Below are positions 52,862 to 64,000 of a stretch of 64,000 nt of DNA, one piece after another. A program made the position numbers and the translations under genes. Below the pieces are notes generated by a model, which was given only the letters and a program-made list of their open reading frames with translations, did not search any database and was not told where the DNA came from. Each line of letters begins with the position of its first letter. Positions within the stretch are counted from its first letter, which is position 1. The DNA is from Octopus sinensis (taxonomy: Eukaryota), in assembly GCF_006345805.1 (NCBI RefSeq), contig NC_043011.1, positions 9,920,001 to 9,984,000 of the forward strand, written 5' to 3'.

Positions 52862-53142
52862 GTTATTAACCCTTGATTCAAATCCCACATTGACCGCCTC
52901 AGCAACCAACCGCAGCCCACTTTCAGGCCCATGTCCTGCCATCAGTGACTGCCAGAAATTGAAACTGAACATTCTCTGCATGTAACTATTTCAGTTATCA
53001 ACAAATGCACACATAAATCACACACACACACACACTCAATCAGACACACAAAAGTACATAGACACACACACACACACAGAAGTACACATACACACACGCA
53101 CATGCTTGCACACACACACACACACACACACCACACACACAC

Positions 53143-53180
<38 letters not shown>

Positions 53181-54212
53181 GTACACACTCAAAGCATAGG
53201 GTTATCACTAAATGTCTGTCCCATAGTGGGGATTTTTAAATATGGCTAAGTCTATCTAGTGAACCACAGTTCCAGTGTATGTTCTGTGACTGTTTCACAT
53301 TATTGGCTGCAGGTAATATTATGAAAGTAAATCGAAGGAATTTATTGAGAATCTTTGTGGATTTAAAGTCTGGCAATGTACCACAGAGATAAGAACTTGC
53401 CAACCAAACCAATGCCAGATTCCATCAGTAGGTGGGGGGGGGGGATTAGGATAGAAACTGGGATAGAATAGGTGTAGTTGGCGGTGGTGTTGTTGCTGTT
53501 GTTGTTTTTTCTCCATATCAAAGTAAAGAAGATCTCCAGCAGAGGGCAGAACCATCCAGTGTTCAGAGAAGCAGAAACACATTCTACAACTTTCCAAGGT
53601 AACACGAAATCTTTTATTTGAAGTGAAATCGATAGCAACTGCTTTTGTTGAAGGGGGTGGATGAGTGGATGGGTGGATAAGAGGGTCAGTGTGATTGGGA
53701 GGATGGGTTTGCATGTAGGTGTGTGGGTAGGCAGGGGGATCAATAAGTTTCCTTGAAAGAAACTTTTATTATGAACCGAAGAAGAACTGATGGAAGTTAT
53801 CAGGGGTAAAACAACAACAAGAAAAGTGATGAAGAAGGAATAAAAGAGGAATTGGTGAAGAATTAATTATGGCTCCCATTGGCACTAATATTGGTTTGAA
53901 GGATATGTTGATGGACGGATCAATAATATGGTGGCTGGTTATTATTCTAAGACATCTGCTGATCAATATTAGATCAATATTCTACATAATCAGGTGTTGG
54001 GATGAGGAGAGAGCAGTGAAGAGCGATGATAATCTTCTTGTAAAATCAGGGTAACAATAGGTAAGCAGGTAATACAGGCACCATTTCAAGTTGACTAAAC
54101 ACACACACACATCAATAGATTTGTTTAGACATACGTACGTATTATATAGATATACATATACCTATGTGTGTGTGTGTGTGTGTGGTGTGTGTGTGTGTGT
54201 GTATATACACAT

Positions 54213-54760
<548 letters not shown>

Positions 54761-57700
54761 TATATATACAAACATACATTATGTGTGTGTGGGGGGCATA
54801 CACACACACACACACATGCATCCCATCAATAGATTTGTGTCTGTCAGTTCAAATGTCAGAGTAATTTTCCATCAGTTCTTGGCAAAGAAAGTAAAAGAAA
54901 GTTTTTTTTTCTTTTTTTACAAACTTTTGTCTGAATGTTTCTTGGTCTCCTAATATTTCCATTGATTCACAAACAAAAGGATTAAGAAGTGAGTATTCAA
55001 GAGTTCCAGACCATCTTTTAGGCAGCCATACGTTTGGAGTGAGGTGTTGCTACTCTAATGCACACAAAACAAAGATCTAGTTCACCAAAATATCTATTGT
55101 AGTTGGATGGTGTTGTTCCTTGCTGCAAACGGAGGGAGCACTGTTATACTGCTGGATGTTTCTGTACCCTCTCAATACAGCTGGAAGACTGATGCCTCTG
55201 ACCAGACTGCCTGCTTGCTTTATCTTAAAAAAGAATTCTTCGCATCTGCACACACACACAAACACACACACACACACACACTCATTTGTTGGCAGACAAT
55301 AGCAGGAAAGATTTAGAACCCATTCTCAAAGAAATAGATAAATAATTAATTATTTACTGATGATTTACAATAGCATATTACATGTTACATGTTGTTGTTG
55401 TTGTTGTTGTTAATCAGAGTTTCCTTACTGTGCAGTGATCTTGTAAGCGCTGATAGTTTTAAAATTCCTCAAATAGCAAACATAACAGAAACAGTAAAAG
55501 AATTGTCCATTAGTTTCAACGCTGATTATGTTCATGCTTCTCAGAATCCCAAACCCCACAAAAACATTAATTAGGGCCATTTAACAACATCACAAAAACA
55601 AGCCAAGACTTTTACTTTTGAAATATCAAATGTAACTTGTTGAGCACCGTTTTAGGGACATGCATGCATGCACAGCTTATGAAGAAGATTAAAGATATTA
55701 ATGACTCAGTTTAATTAACTCTGCTCAAGCTTTGTCTTCAGGAATTTAACAGTGACTTAAAAGTCCCTAAATTAACTTCCCAGAATACACAGTCTACTCG
55801 TCTCACACTTATTGGAACCTTTCATGTTTCACTGGGATTGATCAATCAGTTTTAACACAGTTTATAGACAGGGAGAGAGGTCATTACATAAGCTATCTTA
55901 GTCTGTACATAACTATGTGCTTTTCATGCAGAGGACAAGCCTGGAAATTTTCCCGTAGTTATTGTTTGAATGAAAGTAAACCAGATGGGAGAGGAGAGAC
56001 TAAGGTGTCTATGAGAGGATTTGAACTGAAGAATAGAAACCAACAAATGATTTATTAATTAAAGAGCTTCGCCCTACAATAATGAGCTTCACCCATTCTC
56101 CATTTCACACCTCAACATTCATCTAAATAGATTGAACAAGCATGAGTTAAGTAACTTGGCTAAGGACACACCCATTAGCAAAGACCACCAATTAATCCAG
56201 TTTCAACTTAGAGAAACAAGTGATACTGTAATTAGAGACAAGTGCCTTTAATTATAGTTTGGTTTTAACGAGGGATGACGAGAGAGTAGAAGAGAGAGGG
56301 GGAAGGAGGGAGGGAGGCTGAGAGAGAAGGAATGGAAGGAAGTGAGGAAGATAGACCGATAACGAGAGATATACTTTTAGATGTTTGTGATTGTATGAAA
56401 TAGATTAAGTCTCTCCGTATGATGGCCACCACTCCCAACCCTACCTCCTCACCACCACCAAACACCCCCTTCTTTACCATCCATCCATCCACCCCCACCC
56501 ACATAACAGTTATATAATCCGAGGCCATCAAAAAGACCAATACCATTTATTGTCTCATCATTATCTAATTTACAGGATGACTTCATTAAGGTGTGGGTGT
56601 CTACAGGTGTTTAGTTAATCCTCACTTAATCCCCAGTAAATCACTAATCCAACAATATATGGATTTCAAGTATTCTGGATTTGAAATGGTCAAACAGGAT
56701 AAAGATGTTTTCTACTTCGTGTAAAAAGGTTGTTGCTGTTGTTGTTGTTGTTTAGCCCCAGGTCAGTCATGATCAAGCAGTCAGTCCAACCATGTCACAT
56801 GTCTCAGGTGTGTTGTGTAATTTACAACTACATTATTCAGTGAATGCGTTTGTAGTTGTTATTTCTAGCAGACAGAGCAGCCATACAGTGGCTCCCTTGT
56901 TCTGTATGCGTGATGTCACAGGTTAATGAGAGACAGAGACACTTATGGGGAAGCTATGGGCAGGCAGGAGAGAGGGGGGAAATCTGTCTTGTAAAAGAGA
57001 AAGGATAAGCTGAGAGTGAAAGGTGACAGTGTGGGTTATTGGGTTCTGAAGTGTGGGTCAGTAATGGCTTCTACAGCAGAGCATTACTGTTGAGGGAGAG
57101 TGAGAAAGAGTTGATGAAGTAAAATCGTGGGGCGAGAGGAAAATGGAGGCGGGTTAAGCAGACCGGGTGGAAAAAAAAAAGAAGAAGAAAACACGAAAAT
57201 ATGACTAATGGCCACAGCGAAAGCCAAAAGACACGAAAGTGAAGAGGTTGACGTTTGAAAGTCATCTTCATTCCTTTCCATCAAAACAAATCATTTTTCC
57301 GTGCTTCGAAATGTTAGAGTTGGGATTTTCAAGGGAGGTAACTACTAAACAGTACCCTCCCTTGGATAAACAACCGGGAAATGTCTGATAAAATTAAAAC
57401 AGAATGGAATTTACACCTCTCACTTGCAACTTTTTCTTTTTAAGTTCTAACAAAAAAAAAAAAAAAAAAGGACGACATGGAGTAGAATTTACAGGCTTTA
57501 TTCCCCAACAATATGACAGATGAATCAATGGCTTAGTTTTAGGTTCTTTTAATTAAGAGAAATATTGCAGTAAAAATATCAATTGATGAAATTTACTTGA
57601 CAGTTAAATTGGTTTTCTTTCATTTGACCCTTGTCATATGAAGAGAATGGTTTTTGCTATTCATTCAACTAGACTGGGACATCATCAGTTAAGAAAGGTA

Positions 57701-58079
57701 AAATTATAAATGGAGATAGGATTTGAAATGGACACTGTACAATCAAGCCTGACGCTCTCTACCCACTGCACAAATGCCTACCACACTAATATATATATAT
57801 ATATATTTGCTTTCTGACTTTCTAATCATCTCATAATAATGACTTTTATGACTCTTATTACTATCTCAGTTCATCTAAATGTATATATCTGTCGTTACCT
57901 TTCATAAAAAGCCTTTTCTTTTTTTATTTACAATGTGCATTTTCGTTGATTTTTCTTATTTTCCCCTTACATTGCCACGTGTATTTTATTCATTTTGTAA
58001 CATATTTCTACTATATATATGTATATACATATATAACTTGTGCTATACACACACATGCGTTTTCTTTTTAATGGCAAAA

Positions 58080-58990
58080 TCTCGTGAAAGCAGCAATGCT
58101 GTTGGTGACCAAAGACATTAATACCTTTAATGTCTCCATTGAAACTGTAAGAAGGCCATGAGCAGTGAGGAAGAGATTCCAGAGGATCGATGTTCTGGTG
58201 GAACAAGGTTTGGTCCTAATAGATGGGGTCGGACACAGTAAAGATGATGAGAGGAAGAGGGTCGAGTGGCTGAGGAATGCTGAAATGGAAGAGGGACAAA
58301 ACTCAAGGGAACACAGGCTGTTGTCATAGTAACAGAAGAGGCTGAGAGAGGAAGTGTGTGGAGCCGAAGAGGGAGTGTGTCTGTCAACGATTGAATTCCA
58401 ATTAGTCAAGAAACCTCTCTGGATGTGGTTTAAGGGCTCTACGTGTGCAGCTGCAACATCATTACAAATATGGAAGCAGAACTCCATTGTGGCTCCTACT
58501 TTTAGAATAACAGCAGTTGTTGGGCTCCGGAACATTTTCTGGCCCAAAAGGAAATGGCCAGTCTTTGAGATGGTGTGCCAGTTATATTAAGGATATATTC
58601 AGTAACAATAAGGTCCCAGAATTGGAACAACAGGGGTTAAGGTTAGGGTTTTGTTTGCATGTGTAATGCTTCTGGTTTCTTGCTGTTGAAAAAGAAAAAG
58701 ATTGACGTAAGATAGGAGAATCTTTGGATGCCTCCATTCATGGAATCAGAACAGGTTTGGTGTGTGGTGTCTGTTTTGGATATTGAGGATGGGTCCATGA
58801 TTGAAGGAAAGTTAGGAAGGAATGAAGGATGATGTTATTTGCATAAGAATGGGTGTTGTTGGACATAATCACAAATGGGTCATTGTTATTCAGAGACAAA
58901 GAAGATGGAGGGACAAGACTGAAATGAAGAGAGCAACAGAGATAAATGAGGGTGAGGCAGAAAGTCCTGCAGCAACCCATGCTGTATTGG
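58080..58990 (-). mobile_element. Highly degenerate CR1/Jockey-type LINE ORF2 N-terminal region
   Basis: Minus-strand pieces LIYLCC...NNNDPFVIMSNN and MEFCFHICNDVAAAHVEPLNHIQRG...SSAP loosely resemble the APE endonuclease and linker of CR1-type LINEs; weak by-eye match. Confidence 0.4.
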
Positions 58991-59385
58991 TGTGACCTGA
59001 TAGAAAGCTATCAGTCTAAGAGACAAGAGATAGATGGGGCCCATTGCTGGAAGTTTTGAATTCATTTTGTGTCTGAGACTTGTGCAATTCTGCCAATCCA
59101 CCAGACAAATAAAAGATTCTGATTTTGGTAAAAAGTTAGAAACTTTTAGGGGAGGGTGTGTTAGTTGATACTATCAAGCCCAGTACTTGACTGCTATATT
59201 TTATCAACCCTAGAATAACCTGCTTCTACAGAAAGTTTGATTCTTAAGAACAGGAAAGTTCATCAGATGGGTTTTTGAGCATTTGAAGGTTTATTAAAAT
59301 CATGTGGATATCTAAGGTTACTGGTAGTAACCTGCAATCTACATAAATTCTACTAGGAACAAGACCAATCCTGAGTCAAGTTGAA

Positions 59386-59434
<49 letters not shown>

Positions 59435-60560
59435 GGTGTACCTTTATCAGATGGGTAGTCATGATGGGTATATTGGGCTTCGTATATTTTACCCCAGTGT
59501 CACTTTGATGGCATGCACTGCTCTCTCACTCAATAATAATAATAATCGTTATTAATTTAGATAGAAATTAAAATGAAAGACATATACTTTCCTTCAACTT
59601 TTTCTTGTTTCATTTTAAAAAGCAGAAAGATGGATGAGAATGGCAAGTATGGGGTGTGTGAATGGGTCTGCTCTGGGCATAAACCAGAGGACTGGAGAAG
59701 AACAGCTGGAAGAGAGCACTTTCATGGTCAAGGAGATTGAGATTTTGTGGAGTTTTCACAAGTAGTCTTTGAAAGTCACATTTCCTTGTTTTGGATTGTC
59801 TGGGAGAGGAGATGGGGTGATCCTGCTATGGTTTTATGTAATCCTACACTGGTCCATCTTACATCAACCTTCATCTTTTTGTCAAACCTTTGTGGTAAAT
59901 AAAGATCAAGCAACTGACAAGCAAACCTGTGGTATTTGCTGTAGCCCACCTTTTGTACAAAGACAAAACAATGTACATGATAACACTTCCAATCAGTTAT
60001 TATTATTAGATGTTGTCAGGGGGAATTCTGGGCACCGACGAAAGCAGACTGGCTAATCTGTTCTGGAGGACTTTCCAGTCAGGAATTATCATGGATAATT
60101 TCCAGACAGATATGTTCCTCTTTGGTAGAGCTCCCATTGACTTGAAAAGGAAAGTGAGAGTGGAGAGGGAAGTGCTGTCCTCGAGTGAGTTTATTGAAAG
60201 GTGAGTGAAAGTTGCAAAAATGGCATGAGTGGATGGTACCTCTCTAAGTGCAAACCTGTGAGTCAGAGAGAAGGAATTGGGGAGAGCACTTGTTCCTGGG
60301 GTTTCAGGGAAATCTTGGACAGTGGAGTTCCTTGAGTATCAGTAGGGCCACATCTCTTTCATCCTCCCCCACCACTTTTATTTTTTTAACCCTTGTATGC
60401 TATGCACATGTCCCTTCTTTTCAGTGTATACAGAGTATACTTAATTTATTTATTTACTTTTTCTTTTTAATAATTTCATAATTATATGTAAACCCCCCAC
60501 ACTTTATATCTGTCTTTGTACCGTACCCCTCATCCTTTGCCCTTGTGGCAAATAAATGAA

Positions 60561-60634
<74 letters not shown>

Positions 60635-61094
60635 CAGCAGCAGCAGTAGCAATTGTTCATAACAAATTAGACTGTTGGAAAAGAAGAATTCCTAACATCA
60701 GGCTACAACAAGTAACCTTAGATGCCAAGAACCTTCCTAAGTATCCTAGTTGTCCCTAATAACACTGTTTTTTCTTCAACTGTACTAAACTAGGTTTTAT
60801 GCCTTTTGCCTCTTTCCATCTGTTCAAATCTTTAGGGATAGTTCCAAATCCACTCATATAACCACTGGGATATATTTTACCCACACTTTCCATAATTGAC
60901 TTTCTCATCATTTAGGACGGAAAAGTCAATTATCTGGAAACAAGTCGACAGAAAATGCAGAGTAACATTTTGTCTGTCTTCAGGTTCTGAGCTCATATGC
61001 CATTGAGGTTGACTTTGCCTTTCATCTTTTCAGGGTCGATCAAATAAGTACCCCATCAGCCACAATTTCTGAGCTCGTGTCTATAGTAGAAACA

Positions 61095-61126
<32 letters not shown>

Positions 61127-61190
61127 CATTATTATTATCACCATTATCATTATCATTTTTATTATTTTTATTATTATTATTATTATTAAG

Positions 61191-61640
61191 AAGGTGGTGA
61201 GCTGGCAGAATTGTGAGCTTGCCAAGCGAAATGCTTAGCAATATTTTGCCCATTTTTGCAGTCTGAGTTCAAATTCCACCAAGGTCGTCTTTGCTGTTCA
61301 TCTTTTTCGGGGTCAATTAATTAAGTACCAGTTGAACACAGGGATCGATGTAATCGACTTAATCCCCTTCCCAAAGCTGCCCTTGTGGCAAAAATTTGAA
61401 ATCAATATTATTATTATTATTAATTATTAAGGTAGTGAGCTGGCAGAATCGTTAGCACGCTGGACGTAAGGCTTAGCAGCGTTTCGCCCGTCGCTACGTG
61501 CTGAGCTCAAATTCCACCAAGGTCGTCTTTGCTGTTCATCTTTTTCGGGGTCAATTAAATAAGTACCAGTTGAACACTTGCGTCAATGTGATCAACTCAT
61601 CCCCAAGCTGTCCTTGCGGAAAAAATTTTAAATAGTAATT
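61191..61640 (+). mobile_element. Tandem pair of SINEs (second family)
   Basis: Two heads AAGGT(G/A)GTGAGCTGGCAGAA at about 61191 and 61428, each after (ATT)n; bodies as in 32354-32570. Confidence 0.9.
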
Positions 61641-61689
61641 ATTGTTGTTGTTTTTGTTCTTGTTACTATTTGGTAGACATGTTGGTTAT

Positions 61690-62100
61690 TCAAACCCCAC
61701 GCCCACACCGTTACATTCCCTTTCGTAGTATTAATAATAATTCAGAGAAATTACAGGTAATGTGTGTGGGGCGTGGAGAGGGGTTAAACGGTTGACGTAA
61801 CAGTTTTAGGAAAGTTTCCAATGAATTTGCTAAACAAATACAACTCTGAAATATTTCCTTCGTATATCAGCCGAAGGAACTAAGTAACACGGTACTCATG
61901 GCGGCACTTTAATACTTTTCATTAACATAAACCATTCATAAACTCCGTCACACTAAACACATGACGCGGCTGGCGCCGGCGTTAAACGTTGGTCTCTCTC
62001 AGGGTTATAATATTGAGTTGTCTCCCTTTACTCAACTGAACCATTTGATCCGTTTGTGTAGTTTGAACACTCACGCGCGCGGCTGTCTGTGTGTGTGTGT
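61690..62100. promoter_or_regulatory. CpG-enriched promoter-like patch
   Basis: Unique sequence with visibly more CpG than its flanks. Sp/KLF-like CCCCACGCCC (61695) and GGGGCGTGG (61768), CRE-like TGACGTAA (61793), YY1-like ATGGCGGC (61898). No transcript evidence. Confidence 0.4.
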
Positions 62101-62989
62101 GGTGTGTGTGTGTGTGTGTATGTGTATGTGTGTGTGTGTGTTTGGGTACAGAAATCACTTTTGTTGGTGGGAAAAGAACATCCAGTTTTGGCTGTAATAA
62201 AAGCAATGGATGATAGACACCACATCTTATCTCAACAACATTACCAGTTCTGTTTTAAATAAATGTTTGCAACTGCTCACACACACACACACGCAGAGGC
62301 GCCACCCCCACAACACTCACCACCATCACTGCTCCTACCACAGTCGTTACGACTCTCTCTTCTTTACACCTTATGGCAATAACTGGTGGGAGCACTGTGT
62401 ATTTGACAAGTGTTTCAGCTTAGTATCAGATTCAAATCCTGGCATGGAGACATAAAGTGAGATTAAGCAGGGTGAGGGGATTAAAGGGAATGGTCAGCCA
62501 GGGAGTATGGGGTAGATGAGACATGTGGTATCATGTAATATGATGCGTTAGATGTAGAATAAAGCTGGACTGGATTAACAGGAGTGACTGATGAATAAAA
62601 TCAGTCAAGTAGATACTGACCAAAGATATCATCATCATCATCATCATTTCCCCCACCCCCACCTCCTAGCATTGTGGGCAGCATCATTGTTACAAATCAA
62701 CTCAGTGTGACACTACTAGGTACTGTTACACTGTAACGCTGCTCTGTTACATCTGGCCTTGACGTGTTGTCATCTCTGAGGCTGGATCCAGAGACAGTTT
62801 CAAAGACCTATGGACAATACTGACATCGGACAAACAATATTTTGCAGCCCACAATTCCGTTGCATGAAAACTTCTGGACAAAAGATATTCAATAAACAAC
62901 AACAACAACAACAACCTTTCAGTTACTGAGAACAGAGTGAGTTTTGGAGATCTGTCTGATCCCCACATCATAGAACAAATATACACATG

Positions 62990-63270
62990 TTTGTATGTAT
63001 GTATGTATGTATGTACGTACGTACGTACGTACGTATGTATGTATGTATGTATGTACGTACGTATGTATCAATGTATGTATGTATGTATGCATGCATGCAT
63101 GCATGTATGTATGTGTGTGTATGTGTGTGTATATATGTGTGAATGTATGTATGTTTGTATGTATGTATGAATGTATGTATAAATGTATGTATGTATGTAT
63201 GTATATGTATGTTTGTATGTAGGAATGTATGTATGTACGTATGTATGTAAGCATGTATGTATTGTGTGTA
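62990..63270. repeat. (TATG)n/(TACG)n microsatellite
   Basis: Direct reading. Confidence 0.95.
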
Positions 63271-63680
63271 AATATGTGCACTAAAACACTAATATGAAAA
63301 CACCATCAACACACACACACACACACATATTTATATATGAATTAACAAACAAACATTAATTTATAATTTTGCCTTTTACAAAATGGCTTCCAGAAAGTGT
63401 GAAGCTCTTTTTTAAGTGAGGCAGTTTTAAATGTCCAAGAGAATTGTAATTGTTAGTCTGTCATTATTATATATCTAATAAGCTGACCTGCCACCTCTTG
63501 TTATTGCAGGTTGAAGGAGGCAGTTGAAACAAAACTCTGAACACACCCAACAGCAGACTAGTTTTGTAGAAGCAGTCAAGATATGAAGAGAATTTGGAAG
63601 CTCACACAGCAATAAAAGTTTGGTTTTAAATGAGACAAAAATGCCACAGAAATTTATGAAATACTCCACACTTACTTCAT

Positions 63681-63985
63681 TTACATTATTTACATTTGAC
63701 GGATATGCCCATGGGCATATGGCATAGTGGTTAAGAGTGCACGCTACTAACCCCAAGATTCAAAGTTCGATTCCAAGCACTGGCCTGAACAATAATAATA
63801 ATAATAACAACAACATCGAAAAATACCTTAGGAATGAGAACCCAGGTTCGAAATTTCCCCAAGACACCTGATGAAGGCTGGGGGTATATCAGCCGAAACA
63901 TTGTGTTAACAACAAACAAGATGAGGACAAATATCCGTCATAATGTAAATAAAGTACATAATTCCTCATCTCTTAAATATAGTAC
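63681..63985 (+). mobile_element. tRNA-headed SINE-like element containing a hammerhead motif, with an inverted copy of its own 3' segment at the 5' end
   Basis: A box TGGCATAGTGG (63720-30), B box GTTCGATTCC (63765-74), hammerhead 63863-63907, and 63681-63706 as the reverse complement of about 63931-63957. Confidence 0.75.
63863..63907 (+). ncRNA. Type I hammerhead ribozyme motif
   Basis: GACAC-CUGAUGA-A-GGCUG(ggggUAUAU)CAGCC-GAAA-C-AUU-GUGUU. Stem III ACAU is one transition from the palindromic ACGU. Confidence 0.75.
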
Positions 63986-64000
63986 TCCAGACTTGTATGA

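Noticed and set aside
59620-60400. Possible PLE reverse-transcriptase relic on the minus strand
   Set aside because: Only a faint resemblance (EVPSTHAIF...LSINS); no intact RT motif is readable, so not listed as a feature without an HMM search.
61862-61875. 14-nt identity (GTATATCAGCCGAA) with the hammerhead at 63884-63897, inside an 8-bp hairpin
   Set aside because: No CUGANGA core and no further similarity; treated as coincidence.
63712-63795. Possible tRNA gene
   Set aside because: A and B boxes are present, but the acceptor, anticodon and T stems do not pair properly; it is the head of a SINE-like element.

Overview
Eukaryotic, AT-rich, repeat-dense intronic/intergenic DNA. The repeat landscape (tRNA-derived SINEs, RTE elements with (GAT)n tails, long (AT)n/(GT)n/(TAGA)n microsatellites) resembles an Octopus/coleoid genome; this is an inference from recalled repeat families, not a search result. 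No complete protein-coding gene, rRNA, tRNA gene or CRISPR array is visible, and most ORFs in the track are microsatellite or repeat artefacts. Recognisable decayed elements: an inverted pair of Penelope-like (PLE) GIY-YIG fragments, three long RTE-clade LINE copies plus many 3' stubs, CR1-type, R4/Dong-like and Helitron fragments, two mariner copies, a Tc1/maT-like copy containing a solo LTR, and a TTAA-flanked MITE. A few short candidate exons and a CpG-rich promoter-like patch suggest a large host gene, possibly on the minus strand, but it cannot be named. The most notable signal is a set of type I hammerhead-ribozyme-like motifs in non-autonomous elements with fold-back (inverted) ends. 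One has a canonical core (20870-20936, minus strand). Another lies inside a tRNA-headed, SINE-like element (63681-63985) whose ends look PLE-made rather than LINE-made.
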